Both the position numbers and the translations under genes were made by a program. 64,000 nt of DNA from Octopus sinensis. Its lineage: Eukaryota. The DNA is taken from assembly GCF_006345805.1 (NCBI RefSeq), contig NC_042999.1:114018001-114082000 (forward strand), in the 5' to 3' direction. Each line of letters begins with the position of its first letter. Position 1 is the stretch's first letter. The notes beneath the pieces are model-generated. The model had not been told where the DNA came from. It was given only the letters and a program-made list of their open reading frames with translations, and did not search any database. Shown piece after piece: positions 25,005-37,244 of this stretch.

Positions 25005-25350
25005 AAGGCGTGGGTTGTGTGGTAAGAAGCTTGCTTCCCAACCACATGGTTTCAGGTTCAGTCCCACTGCGTGACACCTTAGGCAAGTGTTTCCCCGAGT
25101 TGACCAAAGCTTTGTGAGTAGATTTGGTAGACGAAACTGAAGAAACCTTCCGTGTGTGCGCATGTGTACTTGTATTTATTCCCCGACAACCGTTGGTGGC
25201 TTGCTTACGTCCCCGTAACTTAGTGGTTCGGTACAAAAGGACCGATAAAATAAGTACCAGACATTTTTAAAAGAAAGTAAATACCGGGGTCGATTTGTTC
25301 AACTAAACCCTTTGAGGCGGTGCCCCAGTATGGCTGCAGTCCAATGAGTA
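25005..25350 (+). mobile_element. SINE family A
   Basis: Head and tail motifs both present, with CpGs partly retained. Confidence 0.8.
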
Positions 25351-25466
25351 AAACAAAAAGGTAAAAGATTTCTTTTTTTTTTTCATTGGCAAAGAGGGCA
25401 CAAATGTTTAGAAAAAAAAATAATAGCCGGTCAATATGAAGAGGACTCGTAAAGTACTATTCTTAC

Positions 25467-25478
25467 ATATAGGGACAC
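25467..25478 (-). other. Candidate 12-nt microexon
   Basis: ttttctgactttcttcgctttag|GTGTCCCTATAT|gtaaga: branch-point-like ctgac, pyrimidine tract and consensus donor. Confidence 0.3.
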
Positions 25479-26017
25479 CTAAAGCGAAGAAAGTCAGAAA
25501 AGACCCACGAGATTTGAACTCGGAAATAAACTTTCTTATTGTTGCCTAGGCTATGCAACATCGGCGCCATTGCTTTGTTACAAAAAAGGAGAGTGGATAT
25601 TAACAACAATAATAACAATAATAAATAAAACAACAAATTAGCAGCAGTAATCGTTGATCAATCTATGGCAAGGTCACCCATCCAGCAATAGCAACTTCTT
25701 TGTTTAAAGCTCCGTAGTAAAACGAAAGAGAAAGAAAAAAATATCTGTCCTGTTTATCAGCCTGCTGTGGGCATGTGAAGGACGGCAATTGGGGTAGAAA
25801 GTAGGGAGTAAATGGAAAGATATTTCTTTTATGTACACGCTCACACAAGTGCGTGTGTATGTATGTCGATATAAATATATGGACACAAACACACACATAT
25901 ATGTGTATGTGTGTGTGTGCACGCGCGCGCAACTATATATACGTGTATGTGTGTGTAGACTATATTTGTGAGTGTATATAAGCATATGAATAGATATTTA
26001 TGTCTGTTTACATGTAC

Positions 26018-26084
<67 letters not shown>

Positions 26085-26088
<4 letters not shown>

Positions 26089-26283
26089 AGCATATGCATA
26101 CATATTTATGTCTATATGCTTATATGTGTACATAAATATGTATAATATAAGCATATGGATATATTTATGTCTCTGTATGTGTACGTATAAGTGTGTGTGT
26201 TTGTTTATGTATGTGTGTATGTATGTATATTTATTTATCTAGTTTCAGCTCACAAGCTGTGGCCATGCTGGGGCACCGCCATG

Positions 26284-26360
<77 letters not shown>

Positions 26361-26557
26361 AGCATATGCATACATATTTATGTCTATATGCTTATATGTG
26401 TACATAAATATGTATAAATATAAGCATATGGATATATTTATGTCTCTGTATGTGTACGTATAAGTGTGTGTGTTTGTTTATGTATGTGTGTATGTATGTA
26501 TATTTATTTATCTAGTTTCAGCTCACAAGCTGTGGCCATGCTGGGGCACCGCCATGT
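26085..26557 (+). repeat. 272-bp near-perfect tandem duplication
   Basis: 26085-26284 and 26357-26557 are identical apart from one A indel; the spacer is (TA)n(TG)n. Confidence 0.9.
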
Positions 26558-27269
26558 ATATATATATATATAATATATATATATATATATAATGTGTGTG
26601 TGTGCACACAAAAGACATCAAAATGAAGAATGGAGAATAATACATCTTCAAAACTTATTTATTAAAGCATTTTCTTTATTGTGCAAGAAATCCACTGAGG
26701 CAAACTCAGGATTTACCAATCGAGAGGAGTACAGTTTAATTGCTTATGTTAAACGATTCTAAATGTTTCATATCTTTCAATGTGGTTAGCCAAGTCTAAT
26801 AAGGTAATTTTCCCAGATTTCAAATCCCTGTTCCATTATGTTGTATGTGTGTGTGTGTGTGTGTGCATGCGTACATGTGCATGCATGTGACCATCATCTT
26901 TTAATATCTATGCTTTCATGCTTGCATGGATCATACAGAACTTGTTGAGGCCTATTTCTATGGACAGATATCCTATTTGTCACTAATCTTCGCCTGTTTC
27001 CAATCAAAGTAATATTTCCTATGGCCAGACAGTTTTCACAGAACACTAGAAATGAAGAATATATCGCTTGTATGATGGTGCTGCTTCTTTACAGTCATGA
27101 TGGAATATATTCTTTTATTCTTTTACTTGTTTCAGTCATTTGACTGTGGCCATGCTGGAGCACTGCCTTTAGTATGACAAGCTTTTTTTTTCAGTTTTGT
27201 CAACCAAATCTATTCAGGAGACTTTAGTCAGCTCAGAGATATAGTAGAAGACACATACTCCAAGAGTGT

Positions 27270-27690
27270 TCACCTTGACAGAAGATGAGCTCAAAGTCTA
27301 ACAGGACAAGACCCTATGTCCCAGACTCTTCATTGACACTAACCTACCTGCACTCTTATCGCAAGTGAGACAAAGAGGGAAGATCATTGATTTGCTACAA
27401 TACAAAAGACCATGGAAAGATCCATGCTAGGAATATCATTGCAAGAGCATATCTGAAATGAGGTAGTTCAAGAACTGAGCAGAGTAAATGATGTGATCAC
27501 AGAATACCAAAAGAACAAGATTTGCTGAACCAGGCATGTTGCAAGGTTCACAGACAACAGGTGCATCCATGCAGTTGACATGTGGTATCCAAGAGACTGA
27601 AAAAGTCCATTCGGTAGGCCTCCATGATGACGAGGTGATTTAGCTAAATGATATGGGCCAAGATGGAAAAGGAAGCAATCATAAATATTG
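27270..27690 (+). mobile_element. RTE LINE ORF2 C-terminal remnant
   Basis: QKTMERSMLGISLQEHI*NEVVQELSRVNDVITEYQKNKIC*TRHVARFTDNRCIHAVDMWYPRD*KSPFGRPP. Confidence 0.85.
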
Positions 27691-28051
27691 TTTAAGCTAA
27701 GACTTTCAAAGACAATATGTATGATGACTAGTGGTGTATAACAACATCTGAAAGTCTGATCAATATAGGCGATACAAATTATATATCTATGTGTATATTT
27801 GTATCATTATTATTATTTCTAGCTTTGTATGAGTCATATAGAATGTGCTGAAGTTAGAGTTTCTACAACCAGATGCCCTTCCGGTGCTAACATTTGTTTC
27901 TTTCCAAGCAAAGTGATATTTTCCACCAGCCAGAAATGTTTACATGAAGGATGGGAAACAGATGACACTGTTTGTATCATGACACTTGTGTACAGCTGCA
28001 TGTGATGTCAAAACAAAGCGACATGAACACATACACATATGTACATACATA

Positions 28052-28267
28052 CAAGGGTATGTCGAAAAGTTCCTAATTTGGGAAAAAGAAAATACAGGAG
28101 GGTCAGTTCATTATGATTTTTATCAACATATTCTTCTCTCAGATTCACACACATATTGCAGTGGTCCTTCAGTTTCCCTAAGCCCTGTAAAAGAACTCAG
28201 GAGGTTGGACCTCCACCAAGGCCTTTTGCAATAGCCTTAAAGTCAGGAACTTTTCAGTATATCCTCG
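28052..28267. mobile_element. mariner-type MITE
   Basis: TA-flanked TIRs caagggtatgtcgaaaagttcct / aggaacttttcagtatatcctcg. Confidence 0.8.
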
Positions 28268-28282
28268 TACATATATGCATAC

Positions 28283-28405
28283 AAATGATAGGCTCTTTCA
28301 GTTTCTCTACAAAATCCATTCTTGCCCAAGGTACCATACTGTGGAACTGAACCCAAAACTATGTGGTTGGAAAATGAGCTTTTTGACCACACAGCTATGC
28401 TTGCA
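28283..28405 (-). mobile_element. SINE family A head
   Basis: ggctctttcagtttc...gaactgaacccaaaactatgtggttgg...ccacacagct. Confidence 0.7.
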
Positions 28406-28804
28406 TATATATGTACATGCCCATTCAAACATAGATATATATTTGTGTGTGGGTGTGTAAATATATGTAGGTGTGTGTGTGCACACATGTCTATATAGTG
28501 TGGGCTAATGGTTGACAAGTTCACTTTGCAAGCATTAATCTATTTCAGTTCCAAAAGTTCCACATTCACATCTTCAAATTAAAGTGATGATAATGTTATG
28601 TTGGTTAAACACTATGCAGAAAGGTTACAAAGGATTTTGAGAATAATTTTATAACCCATAAAATCATCACTGTCAAATTTCAAAATTATACAATGTTAAA
28701 TTCTATATTTTCTGGATGGGACTGTGGAAGTTTCAAAACATTTATGAACTAATGAATTTAGAAATGCTATTGTTCAAAATTAAATGCAAGGACTAATAAT
28801 TCTT

Positions 28805-28972
28805 TCTACTATTGGTACAAGGTCTGAAATTTTGGAGGAGGGGCTTAGTTGATTACATTGATCCCAGTGCTTCACTGGTACTTATTTCACTGACACCAAA
28901 AGGATGAAAGACAGATAAAATACCGTTAACCATTTTCACCCAGCATGCAAACGATTCTGCCAGTTTGCTGCC
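28805..28972 (-). mobile_element. SINE family B copy
   Basis: gatcccagtgcttcactggtacttatttc...ggatgaaag...gattctgccag. Confidence 0.7.
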
Positions 28973-29856
28973 TAAGACTGATAATGAAATATGAAAATTC
29001 TAAATAAAAGATCAAATTGAATACAGTTGGGCTTCAAAGAGAAAGTATTTGCTAACCACATGCTTCAGAGTTCAGTCCCACTGCATGGCACCTTGAGCAA
29101 TGGTTTTCTACTGTTGCCCAACCAAAGCCTTATGAATCGATTTAGAAGACAGAAATGTGTGTGTGTGTATGTATTAATGTCTCTTTGTCATGACATGCTT
29201 GCATGAAATTGTCACAGTCATATAAGCAATTCAATTTCCAATATTCTGTGACAACATTCTGGTTGTGAGGAAATGTCAGCTTGCTTGGAAACAGGTGAAA
29301 GTTAGTGACAGGAAGGACATCAGACTGGAGGAAATTTGTCTCAATAAACTCTGTCCCGCTCATGGAAGCATGCAGAAGTAAATGTTCAATGTGTGTGTGT
29401 ATGCAGACAGAGAGAGACACACACACAATATTCAAATATGCATACACACACACACATACAAACATGTGAATACAAACATAAATATGTAACATTTGCTTGT
29501 TCATTTTATGTCATGATTGCCGATGCTAACACGAGTTAGACAAATGCATATCATTGCAGCACTGTTTTATAGTTAATGCTATTAGTGTTACTAACCCTAC
29601 CCCAAGTTTCAAGTAAGGAATTTTTAATTCTATTCATCTTAAAAAAAAACACAGAGCAAGTTAAGGATTTGTTAAAAAAAAATTCAACAAACTCAGCTTG
29701 TAGCCCAACACTTTTTTATACAAAGCACAAAATGTAAACTTTCACCCACACACATACAAACCATGTGTGTATGTGCATACATATATACACGCACAAACAT
29801 ATGTAGTTATAAATACATAATGCAGTCAGTGTGTGCATGTGTATATACATTTATTC

Positions 29857-29914
<58 letters not shown>

Positions 29915-30009
29915 AAATAACTGGTGGTAAAGAATTAAGGTTCTTTGCTTCTCAGATTAAACAATATTTATGATTTTGTTGCACAATGTTATAATGAAGA
30001 GACACCTGG

Positions 30010-30640
30010 TATTTATAACTTGAAATACAAACAAAATTGACCATGTGAAAAAGGAGAAAGTCTTCTAGTTCCATCCCAATAACTTCCAATCATAGCACTT
30101 GTAGTCTATGGATGACCATGGCAAAACTAAGCATGACACGAAAACAGAAACTTCAAAATTTAAATGGAAAACCAGTCGACCTTCAATAGTATTCTAGTAA
30201 AGGAATGACAACCAACAGCAGATTTTTCTGACATGCTTGTGACCTACTGGACATGAGGCCTATTTCTGTGTCATTACAAAGTTTTGTAGGCTCTAGATTA
30301 TAATCTATGATGCTCTAAGCTTAAGCATCAGATTGTTCAAACAGGTTCCTGCTGGTTTGAGGTTGTTCAGAATTTCAGTTGTATAATTTACAACTTGCTC
30401 CTATGATGTGTTTGTCTATTGATTTGCAGCATCATTTCCCTCTGGGTAGAATATCCAGTAGCTTTCTGTCGATCTTTCTCACAGCGACATTTATCAGTGC
30501 TGATACTGCTTTTCCACAAAGCCGTTGGGATTATATTGTTTGTCTGATGTAATTGTTAGGCAAGACTCTGGCAATCAGTTCCTGTCTTGTTACAATGATA
30601 TGCTTGAATGATAACTGAATTTAATTGGTGAAATCCCTTT
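30010..30640 (-). mobile_element. Helitron PIF1-type helicase C-terminal remnant
   Basis: Minus frames give VVNYTTEILNNLKPAG...NLMLKL, PTKLCNDT, FPFKF...VMLSFAMVIH and SFSHGQ. These match Helitron NYPTEFLNSL.PPG.PPH.L.LK / PKLCNGT / FPVRLAFAMTINK / CFSHGQLYV. Confidence 0.8.
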
Positions 30641-31169
30641 CTCAAAACCTCTATTTCCTACTTAGAGTAATTAGCTGGAGAACACATCCACAACATTATC
30701 ACTAAGCAAATGCATTAGAATACTGGTGGTAAAGCTCAGTCATCCAATGTAGTAACCAGAAATAAGAGGTTTTTTATGCATTGATTTTATCTCAAAGAAT
30801 TATGAAGTCTATATTCTCCTGCAAGTGACAATTAGGCTTTTACACACATATACTGATATATATACACGTTACCACACACACACAGACACATACCAATACA
30901 TTTATATACGTAGATGCATAAAGAAATATAGGTTAAGATAAACAGACACGTGCATACCAACAACAAGAATTTTATAAACTTTCAAGTAAACATGAAAAAT
31001 TCTTTTTTTAAGAACATTGGTTCTCAAAGCCTATAAGTCTAAATACCATGTAAATATTGAATTAAAAATTTGACTTTTTCCATCAAAAAAAGGGCTTTTC
31101 AATCCATTATTTACATGTTATAATTCGAGCTTTATGTGAGGTGCTTCGAGAAGCAACGTTCCACAAAGG

Positions 31170-31172
31170 ATA

Positions 31173-31251
<79 letters not shown>

Positions 31252-31536
31252 CATACACACACACATATATATAAATATACATACACACATATATATACAT
31301 ATAAATATACATACACATATATATATATATACATATAATATACATACACATATATACATATATACACACACATATATATTCACACACACACAAACATATA
31401 TACACACATACATACATATATACACAAACATATATACACACACATACATATATACACACACACATACATATATACACAAACATATACACACACACACACA
31501 TATATATATATATACACACATATATATACATACATG

Positions 31537-31593
<57 letters not shown>

Positions 31594-31625
31594 CATACAC
31601 ATATATACATATATATATATACACA
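31170..31625. repeat. Compound (CT)n/(TA)n/(TACA)n/(CA)n microsatellite
   Basis: Directly visible; source of the spurious ORFs at 31118-31649. Confidence 0.95.
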
Positions 31626-31627
31626 CA

Positions 31628-31965
31628 CATCATTATCATCATTTAACATCTGCTTTCCATGCTAGCATAGGCTGGATGATTTGACTGAGGACTGGCGAAC
31701 CAGATGGCTGCACCAGGCTCCAATCTTGATCTGGCAAGGTTTCTACAGCTGGACGCCTTTCCTAACACCAACCAATCCGAGAGTGCAGCGGGTGCTTTTA
31801 CGTGCCACTGGCACGGGGGCCAGTCAGGCAGTACTGGCAACAACCTTGCTCGAATGTTTTTTTCACATGCCACCGGCACAAGTGCCAGTAAGGCGACACT
31901 GGTAACTATCACGCCCGAATGGTGCCTTTTACGTGCCACCAGCACGGAAGCCAGTTGTGTAACAT
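31628..31965 (-). mobile_element. RTE 3' UTR/tail (family C) with internal repeats
   Basis: catcatt tail, ggacgcctttcctaac, and three gtgcttttacgtgccac-type units. Confidence 0.8.
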
Positions 31966-32472
31966 TGAGCAATAGGCTTTCTTAGTCGAGGGCCATAGCG
32001 GTGGTTCATTGTAAAAAATCACATGAATGCCTTCAAAGCCCTATTACTGCTTGTCCATTAACCATACACACGCCTTAGTTGCTGCATATGATGTTACTTA
32101 GGAGGTAGAGACAAGGCGCGCATCATCACTTTTTCACACCCCTACTCACCCTATTGACACTCTTTTGACTGTTATGAAATTATAAATGATGGAGATTCCA
32201 GGTATCAAACCCAGGTCCTATAATGATATTTGACAATAAAGTAAACAGGAAAAACTATTTTCATGCCTCACTATAAGGGTGAAGTCTATTGTCGAATGGG
32301 GAACCTATAATTATTAGCCCCAGAAACTGTGATGAATTGGCTACACCCTGGAAAAACTTTATAAATAGACATAATTTTACACACACACACCCACACAGAA
32401 GAGTTTTGTTCTAATGGATTCTGGTAGCGGTAATTGCCTGTTTTAGTTTATGCACATTGTACTTTGTGTTAG

Positions 32473-32553
32473 ACATTTGTGGAAATATTTTGTGCTCCAG
32501 GAATTCGCCAGAACTTTTTGCCTGTCAGTTTTAAAATAATTTCTCACATCTGG
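32473..32553 (+). CDS. Candidate 81-nt internal exon
   Basis: cattgtactttgtgttag| ... TGG|gtgagt; only phase 0 is open (TFVEIFCAPGIRQNFLPVSFKIISHIW). Confidence 0.3.
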
Positions 32554-32726
32554 GTGAGTACAAAAATCTTCTAAGCTATGTTACGATATGTGAACTTTGA
32601 AACCTGCATTGTGACAGGGTGTGTGAGATAATTGTACACCCAGTTTTGGTGACAGTTTTTCTGTGAGACAAGGTTCAATTCAATTCTGGAAGCTGGGATT
32701 GCCTATTTAGTTTCTATACATACATA

Positions 32727-32955
32727 TCTATTATATAAAATCCGTTCTGTCTGTCTGTGTGTTTTCTACGATCTCGGGCATTCTCCATCCAATTTGCGCT
32801 CTAATTTGATATGTAGATACCAATGGTATCAGGCATGTATAAGTCTTGAAAAAATTACAAAAATCGATTCCAGGTGAGAATGCGATCGATAAAGCCGTGG
32901 GAACGTGCATTTGTACGCGCAAGTACATCAGCTGTTGCGATTACGAGAGAATGTT
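32727..32955 (+). mobile_element. Non-autonomous Helitron 5' end
   Basis: a|TCtattatataaaatccgttctgtctgtctgtgtg is the typical 5'-TC Helitron start with (TCTG)n; the body is CpG-rich. Confidence 0.55.
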
Positions 32956-33250
32956 ATATACATTATCATGTTGGAAAGCAACATCCTTCCTGTTGGCCAA
33001 TTCTGGATATTCCTCTTGAATTGCTGCTTTTAACTCGTCCAGTTGTGTGCAGTATTTCACAGAATTGTCTTGTTACTTGGGAGAAGCTCATAGTACAGAA
33101 TTCCTTTCCAATCCCACCACAAAGCAAGACTTTATTAGAGTGAAGACCCACTTTTGGGGTGGCTAAAGGTGGCTCATGTCACTTACTCCAGGATCGCTTT
33201 CTCTGAACATTTCAGTAAATCCATTTCTCATAACCTGTCACAAATTGCAG
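32956..33250 (-). mobile_element. mariner transposase fragment
   Basis: VTGYEKWIY*NVQRKRSW...KVLL-WWDWKGILYYELLP...KYCTQLDELKAAIQEEYPELANRKDVAFQHDN covers the first and second Asp regions of DD34D. Confidence 0.85.
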
Positions 33251-34092
33251 TGGTCTTGCTAGGCTCACATACTTTTAGAAGGATTGCTGGGAATCCATCA
33301 GGGCCAGTTGCTAAGTTTGGGTTCATTTCATCTATAGCCCTTATTACATAGTCTTCCTTTATATTGATGTAATCAATCATCATTGCCTCCGTTTTTATAT
33401 CTGCAGTGGTAAAGAAGTCAGTAGGATTGCTGACTTGAAAGTGCCCTAGGGGTGGAGCGAAAATACTTTTGAATTGCTCATTTAGTATTTCACTTATCCA
33501 TCTTTTTCGAGGAGTAGCGCTATCCTGCAGTGCACCGAAGTTGTTTCTTTGGCAAACTTGTAGAAAGCTCTGGGTTTAGATTTTATATTGTCTATAGCCC
33601 AGGTTTCTTTGCCTGCTCTTTCTTTTTCATGGGAGAGTTGCAGATTTTTTTTCAATCTCCAGCAGTGGTATTTTCAGGCGGGACTTTTCACTGCTTTCAA
33701 TTTGTTTGTTTAGGCGATTTGAAACTTTTGTATGCCATCTCATAAGAATTTCCCTCTCCCTGGGCATTTTGTTCTTGTGTACAGTGGCCTGTCAATCCAG
33801 GACACATTTGTAGCATATGGCTTGCATTACAGACATGAATTGTTGAAGTTTCATGTCGATGTCTGGTGAGGAGAGACATTTAGGCCAGTTTTGTTTGAAG
33901 ATCACTTTCTCAATTTGTTTCCAGTTTGCCTTATGGAAGTTCAAGCCGGAAAGATTCTGAGGGTTTCTTGTAGGCTGCATGTCTATGGTTTCCTTTGGTT
34001 TGTAAATGGTCAGCTCTACCATGTTCTGATCCGAGAGTGGCATCAGTGTCACTTTCACACTATGGATGAGATGCATATTATTTGTGAAGCAG
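33251..34092 (-). mobile_element. LINE ORF2 fragment (end of endonuclease to start of RT; CR1/L2/Jockey-like)
   Basis: LSDQNMV...LNFHKANWKQI, then EILNEQFKSIF and ATGPDGFPAILLK. Confidence 0.8.
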
Positions 34093-34111
34093 AGTATGTA
34101 TATATATATAT

Positions 34112-34520
34112 AGGCGTAGGAGTGGCTGTGTGGTAAGTAGCTTGCTTACAAACCACATGGTTCCTGGTTCAGTCTCACTGCATGGCACTTTGGGCAAGTG
34201 TCTTCTACTATAGTCTCAGGCCGACCAAAGCCTTGTGAGTGGATTTGGTAGATGGAAACTGAAAGAAGCCCATTGTATGTGTGTGTGTGTGTGTCTGTGT
34301 TTGTCCCCCCATATATATGTGTGTGTGTGTGTCTGTGTCCCCCCAACATCGCTTCACAACCGATGCTGGTGTGTTTACTTCCCCATAAGTTGGCGGTTGG
34401 CAAAAGAGACCAATAGAATAAGTACAAGGCTTATAAAGAATAAGTCCTGGGGTCGATTTGCTCGACTAAAGGTGGTGCTCCAGTATGGCCACAGTCAAAT
34501 GACTGAAAAGAGTAAAAGAG
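34112..34520 (+). mobile_element. SINE family A, young
   Basis: ggcgtaggagtggctgtgtggtaagtagc head through the cagtcaaatgactgaaaagagtaaaaga tail. Confidence 0.9.
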
Positions 34521-34529
34521 AGTAAAGAG

Positions 34530-35544
34530 TATATATACATACATACATATACATGTATATAAATATACATATATACATGTATATAAATATACATATATAC
34601 ATGTATATAAATATACATATATACATGTATATAAATATACATATATACATGTATATACATATACATATATACATGTATATACATATATATATATACATGT
34701 ATATACATATATATATATACATGTATATACATATATATATATACATGTATATACATATATATATATACATGTATATACATATATATATATACATGTATAT
34801 ACATATATATATATATACATGTATATACATATATATATATACATGTATATACATATATATATGTACATGTATATACATATATATATGTACATATGTAAGA
34901 ATAATATAATACAACTAATAATAATGATTCCTTTGTATGCATATACATATACATATTTTAATATGTGTTTATGTATATTTATGTATATGTGTGTATATGT
35001 AAAAGTATGTATATATATATGTGTATTATGCTTTACATATATGTACATATACGCACATGTACATATACACACATGTACACACGTATATATACATACATAT
35101 ACATGTATATATACATACATATACATGTATATATACATACATATACATGTATATATACATACATATACACAAATATACAAACATACACACATACATACAT
35201 ACATATATATACACATATATACATACATATATATACACATATATACATACATACACACATATATACATACATACACACATATATACATACATACACACAT
35301 ATATACATACATACACGCATATATACATACACACATATACATACATACATACATACATACATACACACATACATACATACACACACATACATACATACAC
35401 ACATACATACATACATACACACATATACACATACATACACACATATACATACATACACACATACATACATACACACATACATACATACACACATACATAC
35501 ATACACACATACATACATACACATATATATACATACATATACAC
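34530..35544. repeat. Higher-order TA/CA microsatellite array
   Basis: About 26-28-nt atatatacatgtatatacat units over 34540-34880, then (TACA)n/(CA)n. Confidence 0.95.
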
Positions 35545-35822
35545 AGGCGCAGGAGTGGCTGTGTGGTAAGTAGCTTGCTTACCAACCACATGGTTCCAGG
35601 TTCAGTCCCACTGCGCATGTTTGTGTGTCTGTGTTTGTCCCCCTAGCATTGCTTGACAACCGATGCTGGTGTGTTTACGTCCCCGTCACTTAGTGGTTCG
35701 GCAAAAAGAGACCGATAGAATAAGTACTGGGCTTACAAAGAATAAGTCTCGGGGTCGATTTGCTCGACTAAAGGCGGTGCTCCAGCATGGCCACAGTCAA
35801 ATGACTGAAACAAGTAAAAGAG
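35545..35822 (+). mobile_element. SINE family A with internal deletion
   Basis: Head stops after cagtcccactgcg and joins the tail directly. Confidence 0.85.
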
Positions 35823-35911
35823 AGAGTAAAAGAGTATATATACATACATATACACACACACATATATATATATATATATACATACATATATATACATACT
35901 TACATATACAC

Positions 35912-35948
<37 letters not shown>

Positions 35949-35963
35949 TACATACATATACAC

Positions 35964-35998
<35 letters not shown>

Positions 35999-36013
35999 TA
36001 CATACATATACAC

Positions 36014-36044
<31 letters not shown>

Positions 36045-36357
36045 CATACATATATACATATACACTAAAGCAAAGACTGGTGGGCTCACACATAGAGTTT
36101 GCTTCTCACAAGTCATAAGGTGGTGGATTCAATTCCCCAGAAAATAGTGCATGTTTCCTTCAGCAAGATATTTCATGTTACTCTAGCTTCATCAGCTGAT
36201 AGTGAGTCCCAACTCAACTGCTGGTATATCCTCATCTCCTCATACTGTCATTTCCTCAATAATCCATTGGGCCAATAGTGGAAAGGAACAGCACAAGGTA
36301 TTAAGCAATACTGGCTTGAGATTGATGGTTAAGCTTTTACATGCATACACACACAGA

Positions 36358-36685
36358 GGCTCCAATCTGATCTGGCAAGGTTTGTATAGCTGGATACCCT
36401 CTGCAATGCAAACCACTTCGAGAGTGTAGTAGGTGCTTTTTACATGCCACCAGCACGAGGGCCAGTATGGTGATACTGGCATCGACCACACTTGAATGGT
36501 GCTTTTTACATGCCACCGGTATAGGAGCCAGTCAGGTGGCACTGGTAATAACCACACTTGAATGGTATTTTTTACGTGCCACAGGGACGGGTTCCAGTCA
36601 GGCAATACTGGCATCGGCCACACCAGTCCTCAGTCAAACTGTCCAACCCATGCCAGTATGGAAAGCAGACGTTAAACGATGATGA
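36358..36685. mobile_element. RTE 3' piece with 5' inversion and 13-bp TSD
   Basis: 36358-36621 is in minus orientation and the tail 36622-36685 is in plus. Flanks are tacatgcatacac (36338-50) and tacacgcatacac (36686-98). Confidence 0.7.
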
Positions 36686-36699
36686 TACACGCATACACT

Positions 36700-36950
36700 G
36701 GCACTGTGTCCATTAAGATGACAAGGGTTCCAGTTGACCTGATCAACGGAACAGCCTGCACAGGAAATTACCATGCAAGTGGCTGTGTGCTCCACAGACA
36801 TGCATACCTTTAGCATAGTTCTCTGGGATGTATACCGTGACACATGAAATAAAGCATCTTGTTCAAGGATACAAAATATTACCAGGGATCAAACTCACAA
36901 CCTTACAATCCTGAGCTGAATACCCTAACTGCTAAGCCATGCGCTTCCAA
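36700..36950 (-). mobile_element. tRNA-headed SINE family D (decayed)
   Basis: Minus head gcatggcttagcagttagggtattcagctc...gtgagtttgatccc, then tccttgaacaag. A related plus copy lies at about 45800-45990. Confidence 0.6.
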
Positions 36951-37137
36951 CATATACACACTCAAAAGCAAGGAAGGATTAGATAATCCAGACACTCACC
37001 ATACTCTCATGATTAGTAATGATCTCAAGTTGTATAAAGAAGAATTTCTCTTGCAGAAACACAGGTTTCAAATAGAGAGAAACTAGACAATGCATAATAA
37101 CAAAATAAAAGTGGAGATCATTGTATAACATTTATTC

Positions 37138-37244
37138 CATGGTTTATAATTGTTTCAACAACTTGCAGGTGACCATTCAAATATCATGTCTATAAAGATA
37201 TGTGGTTGGTCACCTGCAAGTTATTGAAATAATTGTAAACTATG
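37138..37244. other. 107-nt near-perfect hairpin
   Basis: Arms 37138-37175 and 37207-37244 form about 38 bp, including G:U pairs and one C:A mismatch. Confidence 0.85.

Larger units (their letters stand above)
19180..25650. promoter_or_regulatory. CpG-retaining (likely unmethylated) promoter-like zone
   Basis: CG dinucleotides are abundant here but rare in 0-17.8 kb and 26.6-51.8 kb. Two tctataaatagg motifs (19548, 19628) and a candidate first-exon donor (actcac 20142-47, minus) lie within it. Confidence 0.55.

Noticed and set aside
28582-28672. agtgatgat...atcatcact as a C/D snoRNA or hairpin
   Set aside because: There is no terminal CTGA D box and only about 9 bp of clean pairing.
31118-36118. 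Many Y/I/H/T/V/C/M-rich ORFs up to 395 aa (also 54.1-54.4 and 62.8-63.3 kb)
   Set aside because: These are microsatellite translations.
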